Part shown: one piece after another, positions 20,303 through 27,761 of the stretch
Position numbering within the stretch: the stretch's first letter is position 1
Layout of the letters: every line of letters begins with the position of its first letter
From: Candidatus Latescibacterota bacterium
GTDB lineage: Bacteria; Latescibacterota; UBA2968
Direction of reading: 5' to 3'
Assembly: GCA_965222605.1 (NCBI GenBank)
Contig: OZ244960.1
Coordinates: 1,216,001 to 1,280,000, forward strand
DNA: 64,000 bases
The notes under the pieces: model-generated
Seen by the model: only the letters and a program-made list of their open reading frames with translations
The model's database searches: none
Told to the model about the DNA's origin: nothing
Position numbers and translations under genes: made by a program

Positions 20303-21480
20303 AGAATCCTAACTCCAGCGTCGGGTTGACAAATAAAGACCGGGGCATTTTTTGATAAATCGGGATGTTTGGCTCCATAAGCCGATTGAACCTGTTCAAT
20401 CGCTGCACTGGATTTTTTGGGATTGACCAGCGCAACACAACAGCCCCGGAACCCGGCGCCGCTAAACCTGGCACCGTAAATCCCATCGGTTTCAATGAGA
20501 ATACGATAGAGATCTATAAGGGGTTTGCTGCCGCATTCGTAATTCTCAATAGAACTGCGCCCCGACTCGGCGATCAGCCTGCCAAACGTCTTGAGATCGC
20601 CAGCACGCCAGGCATCAATACCCAGACGTACGCGCTCAGATTCCAAAAAAAAATGTCTGGCGCGTTTGGCAAGGGCGCCGCTCAACAGGTGTTTGTGCGT
20701 TTCGTATTCTTCAAAGGTAATATTGCCGAGCAGTGGTTCTCGATCAGAACGCCCCACGGCATTGAGCAATATTCGCGCTGCACGGGCGCATTCATCTACC
20801 CGCGTGTTATACCCCGTCGAAACCAGAGCCTCGCGCAAGCCCGATTGGGCAATCAGAATATCAAAGTCTGGCATAATATTGGACCGGGGGATCAATTCGT
20901 GCGTAGCCGAAGCGCAATCAATCACCGCGAGAAAGCCCTTTTGCGACAACAGAATCGCCGATTGATCCAGAATGCCATTTCTGAGACCGAGATAGCCATT
21001 TTCAATCGCCTGATCGAGCCGAATATTATCTGCGGGCGACAGGGACAAATCATTGGCATATTCATAAGCGAGCAAATACGCCACGCCAATAGCGGCCGAA
21101 GAACTCAAGCCCCCTTCGTTCATTCTGCCCGCCGTAAGCCCCGTAATTCCGCACGTGAGTTTATGGCCTTCTTGCTGCAATGCGCGCACTGCACCGCGCG
21201 GGAAATTGCCCCAATCCCCATCTATTTTGTCGGGTACATCGTCCAGTGCAAAAGAGACCTCACCCTCAAAAGTAAGACTCTGAAGATGCGTATTGGCATC
21301 GCCCGATGGCGCAAAAGCGAGGTACACAGCCTGATCAATAGCCATAGCCGTAACCTGCCCGAGTTGGTGATCAATATGCGCGCCAAGCGGACATATCCGA
21401 TAGGGCGATCGCACAACGCGCACATCGGTAGGCGCAATACCAAATCGGCGATACATCTCGGTTTTGAGCTGGTCTGTCAT
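20299..21480 (-). CDS. GHMP sugar kinase, plant galacturonokinase (GalAK)-like
   Basis: PYRICPLGAHIDHQ, GLSSSAA, IENGYLGLRNGILDQSAILLS, SSIENYECG, YGARFSGAGFRGCC. Confidence 0.85.
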   Translation of the reverse strand: MTDQLKTEMYRRFGIAPTDVRVVRSPYRICPLGAHIDHQLGQVTAMAIDQAVYLAFAPSGDANTHLQSLTFEGEVSFALDDVPDKIDGDWGNFPRGAVRALQQEGHKLTCGITGLTAGRMNEGGLSSSAAIGVAYLLAYEYANDLSLSPADNIRLDQAIENGYLGLRNGILDQSAILLSQKGFLAVIDCASATHELIPRSNIMPDFDILIAQSGLREALVSTGYNTRVDECARAARILLNAVGRSDREPLLGNITFEEYETHKHLLSGALAKRARHFFLESERVRLGIDAWRAGDLKTFGRLIAESGRSSIENYECGSKPLIDLYRILIETDGIYGARFSGAGFRGCCVALVNPKKSSAAIEQVQSAYGAKHPDLSKNAPVFICQPDAGVRIL

Positions 21481-21541
21481 AAGAAGTCAGTTGTCTGTTG
21501 TCAGCAATCAAATACATTACCAAAAAAGGAGAACAACCGCA

Positions 21542-22570
21542 ATGCCACAAATCAAAATAGGCAAGGGTATTGGCGATATCTCAGAACAGACATTGCGCTT
21601 TTATCGGCAAATTGGGGTCGATGCGGTATCGATACCAACGCGATGGCGCACAGAACCGGGAACTGGCGAACGCAAACTGGTACCGCCGACACAGACGGGA
21701 CCTAAAGGCGCGCAAGGAGGGATATGGGATGAGCGGGAATTGCAACGCATCAAAGCGAGAATCGAATCGTATGACCTGACGCCTCTCATCGCGGGATTGG
21801 GTATTTCAGGGCGCGTATTAATGGGACAACCGGGCAGGGAGGACGATTTAGAAATTATAAAAGCCAATATCGAAATCGCAGGGCGGCTGGGACTTCGGGC
21901 ATTGAATTACAGTTTCACAGCCCTCAGAGCATCAGAAGGATATGCGGCGCAGCGAGGTGCAGGACGCGGCGGTGCAGATTTGCGGGATTTTGACAACGAG
22001 CGGATAGCCAATCTACCACCTCTCAATTCAATCGGGCAAATTGGGATGGATGAAATGTGGGACAATCTGACCTATTTTTTGGAAAATGCGATTCCAACAG
22101 CAGAAAAAGCGGGTGTACAATTGGCCGCACATCCCAATGATCCACCAGTTCCAGAATATCGCGGCGTTGCCCAACCCCTGGGCGACATCGCGGGCATGCA
22201 ACGGTTGATCGAAGTGATAGATAGCCCATCAAATTGCATTTTTTACGACACGGGCGTAATGACGGAAAAAGGTGCAGATGCCGCCGAGATGATTCGCTAT
22301 TTTGGATCGCGGAATCGCATTGGAACCGTGCATTTCCGAAATGTGAAAGTGGAGATACCCCGATTTAAGTATATCGAGACCTTCCACGATGACGGCGAAT
22401 GCGATATGTTTGCCTGTGTTCAGGCATTTCAAGAGGTGGGTTATAACGGCATGATTGACCCCGACCACACGCCGGGCATCCTGGGCGATACACCAGATAC
22501 GCGCATTGGCTGGGCATATGCCATTGGTCAAATGGTGGCGATGCGAAATGCCGTAGAAAGAAACAGATAA
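21542..22570 (+). CDS. uxuA: Mannonate dehydratase (UxuA) family protein
   Basis: MWDNLTYFLENAIPTAEKAGVQLAAHPNDPP, VHFRNV, ETFHDDG, PDHTP, YAIG. ATG 21542 after AAGGAG. Confidence 0.75.
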   Translation: MPQIKIGKGIGDISEQTLRFYRQIGVDAVSIPTRWRTEPGTGERKLVPPTQTGPKGAQGGIWDERELQRIKARIESYDLTPLIAGLGISGRVLMGQPGREDDLEIIKANIEIAGRLGLRALNYSFTALRASEGYAAQRGAGRGGADLRDFDNERIANLPPLNSIGQIGMDEMWDNLTYFLENAIPTAEKAGVQLAAHPNDPPVPEYRGVAQPLGDIAGMQRLIEVIDSPSNCIFYDTGVMTEKGADAAEMIRYFGSRNRIGTVHFRNVKVEIPRFKYIETFHDDGECDMFACVQAFQEVGYNGMIDPDHTPGILGDTPDTRIGWAYAIGQMVAMRNAVERNR

Positions 22571-22603
22571 AAAAAAGCCCCAACGCGGAAAAGCGTTGGG
22601 GCT
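22569..22603. terminator. Hairpin terminator between convergent uxuA and the small ORF (U-tract on the minus strand)
   Basis: AAAAAAAAGCCCCAACGC-GGAAAA-GCGTTGGGGCT. Confidence 0.8.
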
Positions 22604-22620
22604 ACGTGTGATATTGTGTG

Positions 22621-22746
22621 TCAGAAATTGAGAATGCCATAAACCAGAGTAACCACAAAAATTACGCCTATAATGCCCATGGCGACTTTGAATTGCAAGC
22701 TGATTCTATCTTCTTCCCGGTCGCGCAGTTCGTTGAAAGTCTGCAT
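22621..22746 (-). CDS. 41-aa single-pass small membrane protein
   Basis: MQTFNELRDREEDRISLQFKVAMGIIGVIFVVTLVYGILNF; RBS AAAGGGGGAGAG; upstream TTGACT and an AT-rich -10; terminator downstream. Confidence 0.65.
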   Translation of the reverse strand: MQTFNELRDREEDRISLQFKVAMGIIGVIFVVTLVYGILNF

Positions 22747-22909
22747 GGCTCTCCCCCTTTGAGTAGTGCGAACGGATATGCTTTATATAAATAAAACTAA
22801 TTTTTTATATTAAGTCAATAGACAAAATACGACTCTTGACAATTTATACAGGTAAATCTATCGTTTGCGGTAGCTTTTGCATGAATGTCATACTCGGAGA
22901 AATATACCC

Positions 22910-23226
22910 ATGAAGCGCGCATATCGAAATCTGATGCCAGCTAATATTGAATCTATTGTCGCTTATGTGCGTACATTGGCACCCGTTGACCATATTCCAC
23001 CATAGAAACGGGAATTGGGCACTGGCAAAAGCAGTATTTCATCGGGCGTTTCAGGCAATTTGCCGGGGCAAAAGCAAAGCACATTCTATTGCAGGATGGC
23101 ATGAACAGCGTGATGCCCTGGACGATGTACGCGGGCATGACAGACGAAGACCTCAGCACCATCTACGACTATCTGAGCACTGTTGCGCCAATCCGAAATG
23201 CCGTTGAACGGTTTGCAGAACAGTAA
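22910..23226 (+). pseudogene. Decayed cytochrome c gene (haem-binding segments deleted)
   Basis: Fragments YRNL..NIESIVAYVRTLAPV* and ETGIGHW...FIGRFR...NSVMPWTMYAGMTDEDLSTIYDYLSTVAPIRNAV; no CxxCH remains. Confidence 0.7.
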
Positions 23227-23280
23227 AGAGGAAAATGGGGCTGGGCGGTTGGACTGGCTGACCCCTGACTGCTGATCACT

Positions 23281-23320
23281 AAAAAAAAGAATGGCCGCGA
23301 TCCCTGTTATCGCGGCCATT
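23281..23320 (-). terminator. Intrinsic terminator of the candidate RNA
   Basis: Minus strand AATGGCCGCGAT-AACAGGG-ATCGCGGCCATT-CTTTTTTTT. Confidence 0.9.
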
Positions 23321-23630
23321 TATGTACTACAAGTCATAGAACCTCCTATGTCAGCCGATCGGGTGAGAGGTCCTAACACCCGACCGCTGGGTACAGATTG
23401 GTGGCATAGTAACCTCCTCTTGTGAGTATTGCGGCCCGTCACACCCACCCGCGGTTCGATGAACTTTCTATGCCCTATGTGTTTGTGCGGTGGCCTTTGC
23501 AGAAATTGCTTTCCAAGTCGGGTTACCGAATGGCGGTAACGAGTCCGACGCGCAAAAGAGACCAGATTAAAACACGCGGGCGAGAACCCTCTCGAGCGGA
23601 ATGCCGCCTGACGATTCATATCGCCTGTTA
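23281..23630 (-). ncRNA. Candidate ~350-nt structured RNA of unknown family
   Basis: Bounded by a sigma70-like promoter and an intrinsic terminator; many hairpins and long-range helices; no convincing protein ORF. Confidence 0.6.
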
Positions 23631-23634
23631 TTGA

Positions 23635-23664
23635 AATATAACCCGATAAATTGTGGGATGTCAA
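23635..23664 (-). promoter_or_regulatory. Sigma70-like promoter
   Basis: TTGACA (23664-23659), 18 bp, TATATT (23640-23635). Confidence 0.65.
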
Positions 23665-23771
23665 GAGCCAATTTGAAACTTTTTTTTACTATTGTTAGGA
23701 ACAATTATGCACTATATATCAGTATCCAATCCGCGCTAATCATTTTAGCCATAAAATAGGAGAACGCAGAT

Positions 23772-25361
23772 ATGGGATATGGCAGACAAGAAGATCCGAA
23801 ATTATTTAACGACGAGCAAATGCGTCAATTTATCGCAGACGGGTACGTAATTTTTAAGCCAAATGTGCCCGATAACCTGCACGAGACCATCAGGCAAAAA
23901 CTGCAATTTATGGTAGATGAAGAGTTCAATTACGGTAACAATGTGCTGCCTCGCGTTCCCGAGATGGATCGCATCTTGAACAGCCCAGAAGTGCGGGGCG
24001 CGCTCATAAGCGTACTCGGCCCGGGATATATCGAACACCCACATCGGTTTTGTCACTACATCACATCCGACGCAACACAAAGAACACTCGCCCAAAATTG
24101 TCATCAAGATTCTTACACACCCCTGGGACGCCCGCGACAACACTACCCTCGCTTTGCGCGCATCATGTACTATCCGCAGGATTCACCCGTTGGAATCGGT
24201 CCCACGCACGCGATTCCCGGCACACATTATCACAAGCGATTAACCGATAAAGACCGCCAAAACGCCATTCCAATAGCCGGTAAAGCCGGCACAGTATCAA
24301 TCACGCATTTTGATATAGGACACGCCGCAGGCATCAACGCGCTTCGTCAACCCCGGCATATGATTAAATTCATTTACGTGCGCGCAGAAGAACCGACCGA
24401 ACCCTCGTGGGATTGTCAGGATCATATCTGGCAAAATCCCGAGACATACAAAGCACCACATGATCTGCACCTGATCTGGTCGCATATATGGGATTGGCTA
24501 TGTGGCAAAAAGGATCGATACGAAAGTTTTCGCGCATCAGACCCCGCAATTTGTGAATTAGAAGACTTGCATCACGACAACCTGGACAAACAACTCGCAG
24601 CTATGCATTCAATAGCTGCAACAAAAAATGCCGATGCAATTCCAGCACTGATTCACAAGCTCAATTCCGACGACCAGTGGACGCGCCTCGCGGCTGTATA
24701 TACCCTGGGCGCAATAGGTCAACCCAAACCCCTAATAGAGGCACTCTTGGATGCTGCCGCACACAAAGACGATGATCCCGTACCCCAATCATGGAATGAA
24801 GGCTCCATATCGATGGAAGATGCTGCCCATGCACTTGTTGCCATAGGCACACCTTCACTAAATGCGCTGATTGAATTGCTGGACAATCAAAGCGAATGGG
24901 CACGCATCAACGCGGCCTTCGCACTCGGTGAAATGGATTCTCTGGCGAAGCAAGCCCTGCCTGCACTCACGCGCTGTTTGGACGATGCGTCTCACTGCGT
25001 TGTGCGAACAGCCACAGATGCGCTGGGCAGTATTCGGCGCAACAGCGAAGAATATATACCCGTACTCGAGAGGCTACTCAAAGTCGGACGTCCCGAATGG
25101 CAAATGCCCGACCGACGCAACTGGACGCCCTATGATCAGGTCCGCATCAACGCCGCAATGGCATTTACGCGCCTGGGCAAAGATGCCGCATCTGCCGAAG
25201 CCCTCCTGCTCGACACATTATCCGACCCCAACGGTCACGTCGCTGCATTTGCCTTAGAAGCATTGCGGCGGATAGGCACGCCCTCGGCAATGGATGGCGT
25301 CCTGGAATATTTGATGACGCGGCGGTGGGATGAAAACATTGAGAAAGGAAGACTATTTTGA
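23772..25361 (+). CDS. Phytanoyl-CoA dioxygenase (PhyH)-like 2OG-Fe(II) domain fused to PBS-lyase HEAT repeats
   Basis: QFIADGY, HQD and distal H (DIGH), GPTHAIPGTH; C-terminal repeats RLAAVYTLGAIG, RINAAFALGEM, RTATDALGSI. Confidence 0.85.
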   Translation: MGYGRQEDPKLFNDEQMRQFIADGYVIFKPNVPDNLHETIRQKLQFMVDEEFNYGNNVLPRVPEMDRILNSPEVRGALISVLGPGYIEHPHRFCHYITSDATQRTLAQNCHQDSYTPLGRPRQHYPRFARIMYYPQDSPVGIGPTHAIPGTHYHKRLTDKDRQNAIPIAGKAGTVSITHFDIGHAAGINALRQPRHMIKFIYVRAEEPTEPSWDCQDHIWQNPETYKAPHDLHLIWSHIWDWLCGKKDRYESFRASDPAICELEDLHHDNLDKQLAAMHSIAATKNADAIPALIHKLNSDDQWTRLAAVYTLGAIGQPKPLIEALLDAAAHKDDDPVPQSWNEGSISMEDAAHALVAIGTPSLNALIELLDNQSEWARINAAFALGEMDSLAKQALPALTRCLDDASHCVVRTATDALGSIRRNSEEYIPVLERLLKVGRPEWQMPDRRNWTPYDQVRINAAMAFTRLGKDAASAEALLLDTLSDPNGHVAAFALEALRRIGTPSAMDGVLEYLMTRRWDENIEKGRLF

Positions 25362-26602
25362 ATGCACGACACTTGATTTCGGCGCAGGGATCGGACCGCG
25401 GCACGGGATATAACATGAGCGGGAAACTGATTCGGCGCGACGGCAAATTATTCATCGGATGGTTGGATGCCCCGCCAGCAAAGGGCACACAGGCGAGGAT
25501 CATGATAGGCGTTTGTGACGAAGTATCTGGCGAGATGCATCGGGCATTTCAAATTGGCGAAGGCATTGACAACCACTGTGGCCCCGCCCTGGTACTGGAC
25601 GGCAACGGGCGATTGCACGCCCTCGTCGGAGCGCATCACGGACCGTTTTTTTATCGGTGGTCAGACAACCCGGAGGACCCGAATACCTGGAGTGAAGCAG
25701 AGGCATTGGGCACATTGGGCACATATCCCAGTTTCGCAGTAGATCAGCAGGGAACACTTCACCTCGCACATCGCGAGCGCGGGGACAGATGGGCTATGTG
25801 GTACCGAAGAAAAAAATCAAAGTGGGAACCACCGCGTGCGATTGCCGTAAGTCCGGTCGCAGGATACAACCATTTCATGCAATCTCTGACAACAGGACCA
25901 GACGGAACCCTGCATCTGATATTTCAATTTCACTTTGCGGAATCTGGTAATGCAGCAGACTGCCGAGGACGCGCAGCAGTACATGCATATTCAGAAGACG
26001 GCGGCGACACATGGTTTAACGAAGGCACGCGCTTTGAAGACCCATTGACAATGGAAACAATGCGAGCCGTTTGTCACGACCCGCAGGGCGGAGATGGTCA
26101 GCACAGTGTGCGCGTGGGCAATCACGTAGTAGATGCAAACGATCAACCGTGGTTCTTCTGCTCATATCCCGGGTATCAAAGCGGCGTATTGTGGCATCGC
26201 AACGACGCGGGATGGGAGCCTGTGGATCTATCCCCAGTTCTCAATGGCTTGAACATGGAAGGGGGACGCGCGACATCGCTATCCCGAGATCACAAAGGCA
26301 GATTGCACTTTGCATTTGCAACACATCCGCGTAAAAAACGTTGTGAATGGTTCAGCCCCGAACTGGAATTATTTTATGCAATACTCGACGAAAAAGGCGC
26401 GTTGATTTCCTTAGACCAACTCACGGAAACCGACGGCGCGGCAGCAAACTGGTTACCCGCACTGGAGCAATGGGACTGGACGCGTTCCCATCAAAAGTTC
26501 GATAATGGTCACTGGACAATGTACACACGCGGCTTAAATGCCGGCGGCATTGGCGGCGACAATCAAAGTGCGTTGAAGACAGAAATTTATTTGACCCGAT
26601 GA
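25358..26602 (+). CDS. BNR-4 repeat / Asp-box beta-propeller protein
   Basis: DNHCGPAL, HALVGAHH, TYPS, Asp-box SEDGGDTW. Confidence 0.75.
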   Translation: MNARHLISAQGSDRGTGYNMSGKLIRRDGKLFIGWLDAPPAKGTQARIMIGVCDEVSGEMHRAFQIGEGIDNHCGPALVLDGNGRLHALVGAHHGPFFYRWSDNPEDPNTWSEAEALGTLGTYPSFAVDQQGTLHLAHRERGDRWAMWYRRKKSKWEPPRAIAVSPVAGYNHFMQSLTTGPDGTLHLIFQFHFAESGNAADCRGRAAVHAYSEDGGDTWFNEGTRFEDPLTMETMRAVCHDPQGGDGQHSVRVGNHVVDANDQPWFFCSYPGYQSGVLWHRNDAGWEPVDLSPVLNGLNMEGGRATSLSRDHKGRLHFAFATHPRKKRCEWFSPELELFYAILDEKGALISLDQLTETDGAAANWLPALEQWDWTRSHQKFDNGHWTMYTRGLNAGGIGGDNQSALKTEIYLTR

Positions 26603-26604
26603 CC

Positions 26605-26756
26605 TTGGTCTGTCAAAAAAATTTAATAACATTTGTTGTTTTACCTGATAGACTGGATTGCGGCTAAAACCATGCCGCAATGACACCCGTCATTCGTCAC
26701 TCCGGCGAACGCCGGAGTCCAGTGGATTAAAACAATAAACTTATTTGACAGACCAA
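26605..26756. mobile_element. MITE-like element, copy B, with 13-bp perfect terminal inverted repeats and two REP-like units
   Basis: TTGGTCTGTCAAA (26605-26617) / TTTGACAGACCAA (26744-26756); internal GACTGGATTGCGGCTAAAACCATGCCGCAATGAC and GTCACTCCGGCGAACGCCGGAGTCCAGT. Confidence 0.8.
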
Positions 26757-26778
26757 TCTGCCATGCAATAAAAAAAGA

Positions 26779-26845
26779 TTGACATACAAGACCATTTACT
26801 CTATTTTCTTAATTAACTCTAAAAAATAGAGAACTCTAAAATCCT
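26779..26845 (+). promoter_or_regulatory. Promoter with a putative operator for the wHTH/TonB operon
   Basis: TTGACA-17-TATTTT; three ACTCTA boxes and an inverted repeat CTCTATTTT...AAAATAGAG overlapping the -10/TSS. Confidence 0.55.
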
Positions 26846-26861
26846 TTAAAGAAGAAATCAA

Positions 26862-27437
26862 ATGCAACCCACGCAAAAATTTGAAGAGGACGTAGCCTTC
26901 GTCCGCGAGGCTGTTGAAAAGCGCGATCGAATGCAATACAATTCCATTGCCATAGCCGTGCTCTGGGCCATCATCCTCGCCACCGGTTACGCGCTCAACG
27001 ACTTTCGTCCCGAAGTGAGCCATCTTTTTTGGCCCATTGCGACCTTTATCGGATTCCTGCTCAGTTTCTGGATCGCCAATCGGGCAATGCGGGCGAGAGG
27101 CATCACAAAACGCGGCGGTGGGGCCAAATACGGCTGGCACTGGGGCAGTTTATTTGTCGTTATTCCCGTTGTTGTATTCATTGGTGTGCGGCACGGTATG
27201 GCCCTGGAACCCTTATTGATAAACCAGTTCATCACTCTGATCGTTGGTATCACCTGCTATTTTGCCGGGCTGCACCTGGACCGCCGCTTTATTCTGCCCG
27301 GCATCGTACACATCGTGGGTGCCCCTGCTGCTGACTATCTCGCGCCCTACCCCTGGACCATGGTAGGCCTGGCCATCGCCGCCAGCCTGATCATCAGCGC
27401 CTTATGGATGAAACCTCATGACAAAACCGCCCTCTGA
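26862..27437 (+). CDS. Integral membrane protein (about 6 TM helices)
   Basis: Alternating hydrophobic segments; coupled to the wHTH gene. Confidence 0.8.
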   Translation: MQPTQKFEEDVAFVREAVEKRDRMQYNSIAIAVLWAIILATGYALNDFRPEVSHLFWPIATFIGFLLSFWIANRAMRARGITKRGGGAKYGWHWGSLFVVIPVVVFIGVRHGMALEPLLINQFITLIVGITCYFAGLHLDRRFILPGIVHIVGAPAADYLAPYPWTMVGLAIAASLIISALWMKPHDKTAL

Positions 27438-27747
27438 AAACACCTCCGATAGCCTTGCCCAACTGGACAAACTACTGGAACACCGATCGCGACTCGGCGT
27501 CTGCGTGCTCCTCGCCGATACCGATGCCATAACCTTTAGCAGTTTGAAACAATTATTAAAAGAAACCGACGGCAACATGGGCGCGCACTTGCGAAAACTG
27601 GAAGACATGGGCTACGTCGATATAGATAAGCGATTCGAAAACCGAAAACCCGTCACCTGGTACAGCCTCACAGAAAAAGGCCGCATGTCTTTAACCACAC
27701 ACTTAAAAGCCTTACAAACCTTAATCCGCAGTGCCGGCATCGACTGA
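27418..27747 (+). CDS. Winged-helix transcriptional regulator (HTH_34/ArsR-like)
   Basis: RLGVCVLL, FSSLKQLLKETDGNMGAHLRKLEDMGY, TWYSLTEKG. Confidence 0.9.
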   Translation: MTKPPSENTSDSLAQLDKLLEHRSRLGVCVLLADTDAITFSSLKQLLKETDGNMGAHLRKLEDMGYVDIDKRFENRKPVTWYSLTEKGRMSLTTHLKALQTLIRSAGID

Positions 27748-27761
27748 TAGGCGTACAGAAC

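Noticed and set aside
20365-21705. 446-aa plus-strand ORF
   Set aside because: Antisense shadow of the kinase gene, with no recognisable motifs.
23320-23664. 114-aa minus-strand ORF over the candidate RNA
   Set aside because: It starts at the TTG of the -35 box, has no RBS and no protein-like features; RNA structure explains the region better.
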